Program-made: the position numbers and the translations under genes
Assembly (NCBI GenBank): GCA_048267385.1
Contig: JBLWXO010000012.1
Coordinates: 44,283 to 108,282, forward strand
Origin: Neptunomonas sp.
Lineage (GTDB): Bacteria; Pseudomonadota; Gammaproteobacteria; Pseudomonadales; Balneatricaceae
Reading direction: 5' to 3'
DNA: 64,000 nt
Shown here: positions 1 to 8,929 of the stretch, one piece after another
Position numbering within the stretch: the first letter of the stretch is position 1
Layout: each line of letters opens with the position of its first letter
The notes under the pieces: generated by a model
The model's input: only the letters and a program-made list of their open reading frames with translations
Database searches by the model: none
Told to the model about the DNA's origin: nothing

Positions 1-2
1 AT

Positions 3-1451
3 CAAACCAGAAGCAAAGCGCAACTCGCAAGTGATGAATTAATGGCGGAGCGCGAGAATTATCGCACAATAAACAATGAGATAGGTCGATTATCTAAAGA
101 GATAAGCGAGCTTAATCAACGCCTTGGCGAGACTCAGTATATAGAGATAGAGGTGTTGCAATCCCAATTCGATCGGCTCAAAAAACAGCTTGAAGTACTG
201 CAGCATCAGCAAGGTGAACTAAGCACAACAGAGCAAATGCTTAGCAGCCTAAAAGCCGCGCAACTGCCATTGTTAAGTACACTGGATGCGGCACAAAAAG
301 CAGTAGATGCCGCTGTAACCACGCATGCTGAAGAGCGCAAAGCGTATCAAATAGCGGAGCAGGAAGTACCCGAAGCGTACCGGGCAGCTTCACAATTGGG
401 CGCTAGCATTACACAGCAAGAGCATGAAATACGCTGTTGCGAGCAACAAATTGAGAGTTTGCAGCAACGCTACACAAAGGTAAAAGAGCAGCGTGATTCA
501 GCGGCGGCGGCACTGTCTATTCTTAAGGAAAACCAACAGCAAAGTCAGCAAACACAAGAGGTGGCGCAACAGCAATGGCAGTCTGCCTTATTGAAAAGTA
601 CTTTTGAAAACCTTGATGATTTTACGCATGCTGTTTTGCCTCGTGCTAATTGCGAGGCACTGTTACAGCATGTTGAGGGCTATAAGCAAGCCGTACAACA
701 AAACCTGGGAGCGCTGCAAAGCCAGCAAGTCGCCTTAGAAAATTTGTCCCGTCCAGATCTGCAACCTTATATGGACAGAATAACGGCAGCAGAGCAAGCG
801 CAACAGATCGCTGATCAGCAATGGCGTGCCCTGCATGACCAATTCACCCTGTTGGAAAATGCAGAGCAGCGGATCAATACCCTGCAAAACGAGAGTCAAA
901 CACTCGAGGCCCGCTATGCCGTTGTGGGCACCTTAAGCGATGTTGCCAATGGACAAACGGGTAATAAAGTCAGCTTGCAGCGTTTTGTCCTGAGTGTGTT
1001 ATTGGATGATGTATTGATAGAAGCGAGTCACCGTCTTGCTTTAATGAGCAAGGGGCGATATCGGTTGTTGCGCAAAGAAGAGCGCTCAAAAGGCAATCGC
1101 GCCTCAGGGCTGGATCTTGAAGTGGAGGATGGCTATACCGGCCGCGTGAGGGGAGTAGCTACTCTATCTGGGGGTGAAAGTTTTATGGCAGCGCTATCCT
1201 TAGCCTTGAGCTTATCTGATGTGGTGCAAGCCTATGCGGGTGGCATCCGTTTGGATACGCTGTTTATCGATGAAGGTTTTGGCAGCCTCGATCCAGAATC
1301 ACTGGATCTGGCAATCAGAACCTTAACGGATCTGCAGCAAAGCGGACGGATGGTAGGTATTATTTCTCATGTAACCGAGCTTAAAGAACAAATATCTGCG
1401 CGCATAGATATTACTGCCTCCGAGCGAGGCAGCAAAATAGTATGGCAATGA
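3..1451 (+). CDS. sbcC: Exonuclease SbcC, C-terminal part (5' end lies outside the window)
   Basis: Long coiled coil, then ABC signature LSGGE and Walker B LFIDEGFGSLD. The frame is open back to the window edge. Confidence 0.9.
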   Translation, partial: QTRSKAQLASDELMAERENYRTINNEIGRLSKEISELNQRLGETQYIEIEVLQSQFDRLKKQLEVLQHQQGELSTTEQMLSSLKAAQLPLLSTLDAAQKAVDAAVTTHAEERKAYQIAEQEVPEAYRAASQLGASITQQEHEIRCCEQQIESLQQRYTKVKEQRDSAAAALSILKENQQQSQQTQEVAQQQWQSALLKSTFENLDDFTHAVLPRANCEALLQHVEGYKQAVQQNLGALQSQQVALENLSRPDLQPYMDRITAAEQAQQIADQQWRALHDQFTLLENAEQRINTLQNESQTLEARYAVVGTLSDVANGQTGNKVSLQRFVLSVLLDDVLIEASHRLALMSKGRYRLLRKEERSKGNRASGLDLEVEDGYTGRVRGVATLSGGESFMAALSLALSLSDVVQAYAGGIRLDTLFIDEGFGSLDPESLDLAIRTLTDLQQSGRMVGIISHVTELKEQISARIDITASERGSKIVWQ

Positions 1452-1489
1452 GCCAAAATTCAGATGTCGTAGTGTCTGGGTTGCCAGCA

Positions 1490-2497
1490 TTAAACGCTAC
1501 TCATAACGCGAGCGGTATCCAGCATTCGGTTTGAAAACCCCCATTCGTTGTCGTACCAGGCAAACACTTTAACTAAGCCATCGCTGACGCGAGTCTGAGT
1601 GCTATCAAAAATAGAAGAGGCGGGGTTGTGGTTAAAATCGATAGACACCAGAGGTAGCTCATTATAAGCAAGAATATCCTGCAGTGGCTCTTGGCTACTG
1701 GCATCCCTCATTAGCTGGTTTATCTCTTCAACACTGGTATTTCGGGAGGGAGTGAAGCTCAGGTCCACCAGCGAAACATTGGCTGTCGGTACGCGCACCG
1801 CCAATCCGCTTAAGCGTCCTTTCATTTCCGGTAATACTAATCCAACGGCTTCGGCTGCGCCTGTGCGGGTAGGGATGATCGATAATGCCGCAGCGCGTGC
1901 GCGGTAGATATCATTCTTGTAAACATCGGATAATTGCTGGTCATTGGTATACGCATGGATGGTTGTCATCATCCCCTGAGTAATACCAATATGCTGATGT
2001 AAAACCTGAATTACTGGTGCCAAGCAGTTAGTGGTACAAGACGCATTAGACACAATAAGGTGGTCAGCGGTTAATATCTGATGATTAACACCGTACACAA
2101 TAGTGGCATCCGCATCTTTACCGGGGGCCGATATCAGTACCTTTTTAGCCCCTTGTTGCAAGTGAATAGCAGCACTTTCTCGGCTTGTAAAACGCCCTGT
2201 GCATTCAAAAACGATATCGATATCAAGATCGGCCCAGGGAAGCTTGCCAGGGTCGCTCTCTTTTAAAATCTGAATAGTATCGCTTTTAATCTGCATACAG
2301 GATTCATCAGCCGTCACCGGATAACGAAAGTGCCCGTGTACAGAATCATACTCAGTCAGTAATGCATTGGCGCTGGCATCTCCCAGATCGTTGATCGCTA
2401 CAATAGAGAGGTGTGCGCGGTGTGGGCCTTCATACAGAGCACGCATGATATTTCTGCCAATACGCCCGTAGCCGTTAATCGCAATTCGAATAGTCAT
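1490..2497 (-). CDS. gap: Type I glyceraldehyde-3-phosphate dehydrogenase (GAPDH/Epd family)
   Basis: [28 protein letters not shown] and WYDNEWGFS motifs. Start moved to the ATG at 2497, which has an AGGAG RBS. Confidence 0.85.
   Translation of the reverse strand: MTIRIAINGYGRIGRNIMRALYEGPHRAHLSIVAINDLGDASANALLTEYDSVHGHFRYPVTADESCMQIKSDTIQILKESDPGKLPWADLDIDIVFECTGRFTSRESAAIHLQQGAKKVLISAPGKDADATIVYGVNHQILTADHLIVSNASCTTNCLAPVIQVLHQHIGITQGMMTTIHAYTNDQQLSDVYKNDIYRARAAALSIIPTRTGAAEAVGLVLPEMKGRLSGLAVRVPTANVSLVDLSFTPSRNTSVEEINQLMRDASSQEPLQDILAYNELPLVSIDFNHNPASSIFDSTQTRVSDGLVKVFAWYDNEWGFSNRMLDTARVMSSV
1867..1874 (+). other. KOPS-like motif GGGTAGGG pointing toward dif
   Basis: Matches GGGNAGGG with the polarity expected left of dif. 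Found by eye; the scan was not exhaustive. Confidence 0.45.
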
Positions 2498-2728
2498 ATC
2501 AGTACTCCTTAGGTAGAAACTTACACAGAACCCTATGCCGGACTTAATGCCAGCATTGCTCACTTGCTACAAAATATGTTCCTTTCTCAAGCATAGGCCA
2601 GAACATGAGGGTACGTAAATAGACAAGATAAAAGAATAAATCCCATACTATTAATCAGTTACTACCCATTTATCGGTTACTATAAAGGGTGTAAAAGCTA
2701 AATAACCTGATAAATATAGGCGGTTGCC

Positions 2729-3421
2729 ATGTCTGAAAAGGTGTCTGAACAAAAGCCACATAAGAAAATGAATAGTACGTCAGATAAAAAATCAGGCAAA
2801 AAGAACAATGAGATAGAAGCACCCACAAAAGCAGAGATCGCCTTGCTGGAGCCATTTTTTGGGCTAACGCTCGCACAGATTAGTGTGCCGGCCACCGTAG
2901 CGGAATTCGAGGCGGCCACATCCGATCTGTTGTGCTGCCGGTTTGTTGGCTTTGATACCGAATCAAGACCCACGTTTAATAAAGGCGAAAAGTCAGCTGG
3001 CCCGCATATCGTACAGCTCACCACGCTTGAGCATGCTTATATTTTTCAGTTGTTCCGGGAAGAAAGCCATCGCTTTTTAACAGAGATTATTGAATCAACC
3101 AGCACGGTCAAAGTGGGGTTTGGGCTTAGTTCCGATAAAAGCCATCTGCGCCGTCGGTTAGGAGTAGAGCCTAAAGCGATTCTTGATATGGATAAGGTCT
3201 TCAGGCAAAAGGGCTACCGCAAAGAGCTGGGAATCAAAGCGGCGGTTGCGATTCTTTTTAAGCAAAAATTCCAGAAATCAAAATCAGCAACCATGTCGAA
3301 CTGGGGAGCGGGGGAGTTAAAAGATAACCAGCTATTGTATGCAGCCAATGATGCCTATGCAGCACTAAAAGTACTTAGCGTCATGGATGAAGAAGAAGCA
3401 AAGTTGCCGATTGAAAGTTAA
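2729..3421 (+). CDS. Stand-alone DEDDy 3'-5' exonuclease (RNase D/WRN-like)
   Basis: VGFDTESRP, HIVQL, SNW and YAANDAY motifs. Confidence 0.85.
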   Translation: MSEKVSEQKPHKKMNSTSDKKSGKKNNEIEAPTKAEIALLEPFFGLTLAQISVPATVAEFEAATSDLLCCRFVGFDTESRPTFNKGEKSAGPHIVQLTTLEHAYIFQLFREESHRFLTEIIESTSTVKVGFGLSSDKSHLRRRLGVEPKAILDMDKVFRQKGYRKELGIKAAVAILFKQKFQKSKSATMSNWGAGELKDNQLLYAANDAYAALKVLSVMDEEEAKLPIES

Positions 3422-3464
3422 AATTCGCCTTTATAAAGCCACTTTTTAAGTGATTTATAGGGAA

Positions 3465-3505
3465 GATGTCGATATGATACGTATCATTTGATACGTATTG
3501 TGTAT
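3465..3505. promoter_or_regulatory. Palindrome and direct repeats upstream of the KfrA-like gene (probable operator)
   Basis: Perfect 14-bp palindrome ATGATACGTATCAT at 3474-3487. TGATACGTAT is repeated at 3475 and 3489. Confidence 0.5.
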
Positions 3506-3510
3506 TATTT

Positions 3511-4326
3511 ATGCCAAAAAAATCAGACACCCGCGAAAAAGTCTTTGATGCAGCTGACGCTCTTCTTCAAGAAGGGATGCGACCCACTCAGCAAAATATC
3601 AGAGAGCGTATCGGTAGCGGCAGCATTACCACTATAAACTCTGCATTGAATGCTTGGTGGCTATCGCTATCGGACAGAATTAACCGAAAAGATCAGCATC
3701 CAGAGCTTCCTGATCCTGTAATCAGCGCAGCCAATCAACTGTGGGACCAGGCACTTGCCTATGCACATCACGCTTTCCAAAAAGAGCGCGCCGAAGTTGA
3801 GTCCATATTGCTTAACCGCAAAGAGGAAAGCTTCGCTCAGCTGGAGCAGCTCAGAGCGACGGTTGATCAGTTGCAACAACAGAATACACAATTGCGTCAC
3901 AGCAGTGATGAGCTTAATGAGCAGCGCCACGAATTGCAGCAAAAGCTGTTATCCTACGAAACATCAATGATCCGACTTTCATCAGAACGTGATGAAATAA
4001 ACCGTGAAAACAAACAGCTTAAAATTATTCAGCGCAAGAGTGACTCATCTCAAGCAGAGAGCTTGCCACTGCATAGCAACGAGCTGTTTGAAGCTCGCGT
4101 AGAATCCAAAGTAAATTTAATAAAAATCAAAAACCTAGAGGATCTTCTTAAACAAAAAGAAGATGAGTGTCGCGCACTGAAAGAGGCGCTTTTGTCACAA
4201 GAAAAAACCGCCATACAGCAGCAGCACCGGCTTGAACTGGTCGTAGCACAACAAGATGCGCGTTATGATGACGTACTAAAAGCATTAACTGATTGCAAAA
4301 TTGAACTATCTCTGGCAAAAAAGTAA
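3511..4326 (+). CDS. KfrA_N-type DNA-binding protein with long coiled coil (KfrA/TnpT-like)
   Basis: N-terminus TREKVFDAADALLQEGMRPTQQNIRERIGSGSITTINSALNAWW is typical of KfrA_N, followed by a heptad-rich coiled coil. Confidence 0.8.
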   Translation: MPKKSDTREKVFDAADALLQEGMRPTQQNIRERIGSGSITTINSALNAWWLSLSDRINRKDQHPELPDPVISAANQLWDQALAYAHHAFQKERAEVESILLNRKEESFAQLEQLRATVDQLQQQNTQLRHSSDELNEQRHELQQKLLSYETSMIRLSSERDEINRENKQLKIIQRKSDSSQAESLPLHSNELFEARVESKVNLIKIKNLEDLLKQKEDECRALKEALLSQEKTAIQQQHRLELVVAQQDARYDDVLKALTDCKIELSLAKK

Positions 4327-4386
4327 GTGTTAACAATCATATTCTTATAGACACATGTTCACCGAATATAATTTTCAGGAAAGCGC

Positions 4387-4833
4387 ATGGATACTGATTT
4401 ACTTCTAGAAGCTGATAGCGAAACCATCAGAGCAACCTTGTTGTCATGCTCTGAAGGAGATGCTGTCAATTGTCTATCTGAAGAGGTATTTGCGCAGGCC
4501 AAGCTACTTCTGGTTAAAGAAAAAATTACAGGCGTCAGTATTCAATTATTAGGTGATGATGGGTACGTTATCCGCCAGGTAACCGGTAAACGCCGTAGCG
4601 AACTAGGCGCAGGCGAGTTTAATGATCGACAGCTAGCCGTGATTAAAGCGCTCGAAAAAGTGCTTAAACACTGCAAACAAGAGGGCGTTAGGCTAGTGGG
4701 TTACAGCGACGAACTGGTGGCCTACCCGGCGGGGTGCAAAGATCATAATCAGGCATCAGTGTATGCGCTTGATATCGACAGTAGCGATGCCTATATCGGG
4801 GCCGATTCAAATTCCGAATTGATGGGGGTTTAA
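4387..4833 (+). CDS. Hypothetical protein
   Basis: 148-aa ORF with a plausible RBS and coding-like composition; no motif recognised. Confidence 0.65.
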   Translation: MDTDLLLEADSETIRATLLSCSEGDAVNCLSEEVFAQAKLLLVKEKITGVSIQLLGDDGYVIRQVTGKRRSELGAGEFNDRQLAVIKALEKVLKHCKQEGVRLVGYSDELVAYPAGCKDHNQASVYALDIDSSDAYIGADSNSELMGV

Positions 4834-4909
4834 TCAATGGTTATACTGACTTTCCCCTATGCTTATTTAGCATTTGCTTACTAATCGTCCAATATTCGTA
4901 ATAGGCTTT

Positions 4910-5575
4910 ATGAAAACAGCAAAGGTTTTACTCGTTGACGATCATGATATTGTGCGCGCCGGATTTAAGCAATTGCTTGATTCGCATCCGCAAATAGAGA
5001 TTATCGCGCAGGCAAATAACAGCCACGAAGCCTTTGAGGTATATAAAAAGACAAATCCGGATATCGTCATTATGGATCTGTCTATGCCTGCTGATTCAGA
5101 CTCGCTGGATAGCAGCGGTGCACAGGGAGGCATTGAAGCCATTCAGCGCATCATTGAGCATGACCCTAACGCTAAAGTGATTGTTCTTACGGTATGGGAA
5201 TCCAACCCTTACCCCAAAAATCTGGTCAAACTTGGCGTAAAAGGCTATCTAACAAAGCGTTGTGCTCCTGATGAACTTGTTCAGGCCGTTTTGGATGTTT
5301 ATCTTGGCGGAAAACACTTTTCCGAGAGCATTAAAGCCATTATCAATGACGGCGCAGAAGCAGAAATTAATCCGGTTAATCTCTTAACCAAGCGCGAGAT
5401 AGAGATTTTTACGTTATTAGCAGAAGGGCAGTCAGCTACACAAATTGCTGACGCCATTTTCCTTAGCTATAAAACAGTGCATGCGCATCGCTCCAATATC
5501 ATGCGTAAGCTATCGCTGAACAATAATTCAGAAATAGTGCACCTTGCAATACGACACGGCGTGGTAAAGCCTTGA
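4910..5575 (+). CDS. NarL/LuxR-family response regulator
   Basis: REC domain (LVDDHDIVRAG, IMDLSMP) plus LuxR HTH (LTKREIEIF...KTVHAHRSNIMRKL). Confidence 0.9.
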   Translation: MKTAKVLLVDDHDIVRAGFKQLLDSHPQIEIIAQANNSHEAFEVYKKTNPDIVIMDLSMPADSDSLDSSGAQGGIEAIQRIIEHDPNAKVIVLTVWESNPYPKNLVKLGVKGYLTKRCAPDELVQAVLDVYLGGKHFSESIKAIINDGAEAEINPVNLLTKREIEIFTLLAEGQSATQIADAIFLSYKTVHAHRSNIMRKLSLNNNSEIVHLAIRHGVVKP

Positions 5576-5850
5576 ACAACAGAACAGAAACCAACTCTCT
5601 GGTTGATTCCGAGTTTTTTTGGTATAGCCTGATTGAAGGCGATCAAATCGTTCTTGATGCCGATTACTTTGAAGATGGCATCAAAGTGCTACATAAAAAC
5701 AAAGCCTATGAAGTGCTTGCAAAAACTGAACAAAGCATCAGCAATATCGCCTTTGTCGTACAGTCCGACATTACCGATGAGCTTATCAGCGTGCATCCCT
5801 TTTTGGTCGAGAACTACCTGATAAGCCCTGTAAAATACCGCCACAATTAG
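5572..5850 (+). CDS. Hypothetical protein
   Basis: TTG start overlaps the upstream stop codon, suggesting translational coupling; 92 aa. Confidence 0.55.
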   Translation: MNNRTETNSLVDSEFFWYSLIEGDQIVLDADYFEDGIKVLHKNKAYEVLAKTEQSISNIAFVVQSDITDELISVHPFLVENYLISPVKYRHN

Positions 5851-5907
5851 CATTACAGAACGAGCATCACATAACAGCTACAACTAGCATTTCATATAGG
5901 AAGCAAA

Positions 5908-6519
5908 ATGATAACAATTTACGGTAGCCCTAAGTCCAGTGCAGGTCGTTGTTTCTGGTGTCTGGAAGAAGCCGGTGTTGCTTATGAAACTAAAAGCATT
6001 GATTTTCGTGCAGGTGAACATAAGTCTGAAGCGTTTTTAAAGATTAATCGCAACGGTAAAGTGCCGGCATTGGTTGACGGTGATTTCAGTATTTGGGAAT
6101 CATTGGCTATCAACAACTACATTGCGGACGCCTATAAGCCAGAATTGCTCGGCACGACAACTCAAGAACGTGGTGCAATTAGCCAGTGGAGCATCTGGTC
6201 TGTAGCGGATCTACAAGTGCCGATGATTGATGCCTTCATCCAGCTTGTTTTTGTACCAGAACCACACCGCAACGCAGAGATCATCGCCAAAGCATTTGAA
6301 AAAATTCCCGTTATGCTGAGCACGCTTGAAGAAGAGCTGGAAGGGAAGGCGTTTCTGGTTGCGGATAGATTCACCCTGGCCGATCTGAATGTATCTTTTG
6401 TTGTTAGCATCTGTGATGAGATCAAGTTTGATCTGAGCGAATATAAGAACATCAACCAGTGGCGCAATGGCATCGCTGAACGCGATAGTGCAAAACGCTA
6501 TAAAGCTTTATGCGCATAA
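5908..6519 (+). CDS. Glutathione S-transferase
   Basis: INRNGKVPALVDG, WESLAI and FTLADL GST motifs. Confidence 0.9.
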   Translation: MITIYGSPKSSAGRCFWCLEEAGVAYETKSIDFRAGEHKSEAFLKINRNGKVPALVDGDFSIWESLAINNYIADAYKPELLGTTTQERGAISQWSIWSVADLQVPMIDAFIQLVFVPEPHRNAEIIAKAFEKIPVMLSTLEEELEGKAFLVADRFTLADLNVSFVVSICDEIKFDLSEYKNINQWRNGIAERDSAKRYKALCA

Positions 6520-6542
6520 AGAGTGTGCGCCATTAGCATAAA

Positions 6543-6570
6543 AGGCTCGCCGGTAATGACGAGCCTCTTT
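6543..6570 (+). terminator. Intrinsic terminator after GST
   Basis: AGGCTCG / CGAGCCT stem followed by CTTT. Confidence 0.55.
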
Positions 6571-6593
6571 ATTGTCCCTGTTTTCTCCTTCTG

Positions 6594-6833
6594 CTAGTCG
6601 TCTAGCGAATCTTTAAAACTCATGCTCGGCACATTAGCCTGGCTGATAATGATGAGTACAATACCGGCAGTAAAAAAGAAAAAAGCCGATGCCATATAGC
6701 TGGCGGAAATCACATCTTCCATGCCCAGTTCTCGAGCCTTAAGAACGAGCATGCCCAGACAGAGTACACAGAGCAGCTCACAAACAATACCCATCACCAG
6801 CGAGGATTTTTGCAGAATGCCTTTTTTCTTCAT
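6594..6833 (-). CDS. Small two-TM membrane protein
   Basis: Basic N-terminus and two hydrophobic segments. Confidence 0.6.
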   Translation of the reverse strand: MKKKGILQKSSLVMGIVCELLCVLCLGMLVLKARELGMEDVISASYMASAFFFFTAGIVLIIISQANVPSMSFKDSLDD

Positions 6834-7017
6834 ATAAAGTCTCAATACTCGTCAACGGGTAGATAATCGAAAGAAAGATCATATCATCTCTCACTCAGGC
6901 GTGCTGGCAAATAGATGCGCTTCCAATAACTTCTATTTCATTAAAATTGATATATATCGTTTTTTTGCTAAGCGCAGAGTGCGCTAATAATCTTATTTAT
7001 TTTATCGGGTTAATGCT

Positions 7018-7416
7018 ATGCCTAATCTAAAAGCTTTCCTTTTGGGGTGTGTTGCCGTGGTCATTGTTGGGTTGACGCTGCAATTAGCTTATGTGCTTAT
7101 TGCGACCTATATCAGCATTGCCGATACTGACGGTTTTTTCTCGATCTATCAAAAAGAACTGTGGTTTATCGCTGCCTTAGTTGTTTATAGCCTGACAATG
7201 CTCATTGGTGGAGCCGTTACCGCCTTATTCACTCATACGCCCAGCGATGTAACCGCAGCATTAGTCGGTTTATCTACCAGCCTTATGTCACTACTCTCAT
7301 CGAGTAAAGGTGACGACATTAGCTGGATAAGCGCAGTAATGGTGGTGGGGAGCGTTGGCTTTTGTATACTTGGCAGTAAGCTTGTATGGCGTCGAGCATC
7401 AAACGATGCACTGTGA
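7018..7416 (+). CDS. Four-TM membrane protein of unknown function
   Basis: Four hydrophobic stretches in 132 aa. Confidence 0.65.
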   Translation: MPNLKAFLLGCVAVVIVGLTLQLAYVLIATYISIADTDGFFSIYQKELWFIAALVVYSLTMLIGGAVTALFTHTPSDVTAALVGLSTSLMSLLSSSKGDDISWISAVMVVGSVGFCILGSKLVWRRASNDAL

Positions 7417-7525
7417 AAATGCGAGGTGCTGATCCAACGACTTCGTTGCAGTGAGTCGGTAACAGCAATTCCGCAATACTTAAAAACTCTATTTAATTCA
7501 ATAAGCTCCTCATGAGGAAAGATTT

Positions 7526-8881
7526 ATGAGTACACGTTTGCAGGAACAGGTCGATCTAATTACTGATTCACTTGAGAAAAGCGCTGAAAGCGGAGTTTCC
7601 TGCTTGCTTGAGCCCATGTCACCGGCAGAAATATCCCGTGTTATTGAATCGCTTCCCGGGGACTTGAGAAGCCCTTTGTGGTCGCAGCTGCCGCGCTTAA
7701 AAAAAGGGGAAGTGCTGCTGGAACTAAAGGGAGAGTTGCGTAGAAGCTTAATAAAGCAAACGGATGAACAAGAGCTGATCGCCTGTTTGTCGGTCATGCA
7801 AATGGACGAAATTGCAGATCTGGACGATGACCTGCCGATGTCCGTGGTGAATGCCATGGTGACAGCCATGGATGTTCATCGTCGGGAACGCTATGAGCAG
7901 GTTAAACTTTACCCTGATGATGTTGCGGGTGGGTTGATGGATGTTGACGCCACTGCTGTGCGCGGTGATGTTACTCTTAAAGCGGTGTTACGTTATTTAC
8001 GCCGCCTGCGACAGCGTGAGGGCTCTCTGCCTGAGCATCTTGATAGTCTGATGGTTATCGATAGGCATAACCATTTTATGGGTATTCTTCCTTTGAGCTG
8101 TCTGGTCTCATATGACCTATCTACAACCGTGAGTGATGTTATGTCACCTGACGTTGTCGCCATTACCCCTTTGACCCCGAATGTTGAAGTGGCGCGAATC
8201 TTTGAAGATCACGATCTGATGTCAGCACCTGTGATGGATGATAATGGCTATCTGGTGGGGCGCATTACTGTCGATGACGTTATCAATGTGATGCGTGACC
8301 AGGCTGATCGTGAAATATTAGGCCGTGCCGGTTTAGATCAGCATACGGATATGTTTGCGCCAGTGATCAGTAGTTCGGTGCGCCGTGCCGTGTGGCTAGG
8401 CATTAATCTACTGACGGCCTTCTTAGCGGCGTGGGTGATCGGCTTATTTGAAGGATCTATAGAGAAAATGGTAGCGTTGGCCGTACTGATGCCGGTGGTT
8501 GCCAGCATGGGGGGTGTGGCGGGGAGCCAAACCCTGACGCTGGTGACACGAGGAATGGCGTTGGATCAAATCAGCCGGCGCAATATATGGAAGTTAGCCG
8601 CACACGAACTCACGATCGGCGGGCTTAATGGGCTCTTTTGGGCTGGCGTGGTGGCCGCGATTGCATATTATTGGTTCAATGACTTGATGTTGGGTATGGT
8701 CTTTGGCGCGGCTATGTTGATCGTTATTTTTACCGGCGCCTTAGTCGGCACTTTTATCCCGCTGATCTTGAAACGGATGGGTATTGACCCAGCGCTGGCA
8801 GGTGGTGTGGTGCTTACAACAGCGACCGACGCCATCGGCTTTTTTGCGTTTCTCGGGTTAGCCACCATCATGTTATTTTAA
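7526..8881 (+). CDS. mgtE: Magnesium transporter MgtE
   Basis: N-domain, CBS pair (GRITVDDV) and TM region with PVVASMGGVAGSQT and DPALAGG...TATD. Confidence 0.93.
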   Translation: MSTRLQEQVDLITDSLEKSAESGVSCLLEPMSPAEISRVIESLPGDLRSPLWSQLPRLKKGEVLLELKGELRRSLIKQTDEQELIACLSVMQMDEIADLDDDLPMSVVNAMVTAMDVHRRERYEQVKLYPDDVAGGLMDVDATAVRGDVTLKAVLRYLRRLRQREGSLPEHLDSLMVIDRHNHFMGILPLSCLVSYDLSTTVSDVMSPDVVAITPLTPNVEVARIFEDHDLMSAPVMDDNGYLVGRITVDDVINVMRDQADREILGRAGLDQHTDMFAPVISSSVRRAVWLGINLLTAFLAAWVIGLFEGSIEKMVALAVLMPVVASMGGVAGSQTLTLVTRGMALDQISRRNIWKLAAHELTIGGLNGLFWAGVVAAIAYYWFNDLMLGMVFGAAMLIVIFTGALVGTFIPLILKRMGIDPALAGGVVLTTATDAIGFFAFLGLATIMLF

Positions 8882-8929
8882 CGCCAAAAAAATTAATTGA
8901 GATAAACGACCTTTAAAGGGCACTGATCG

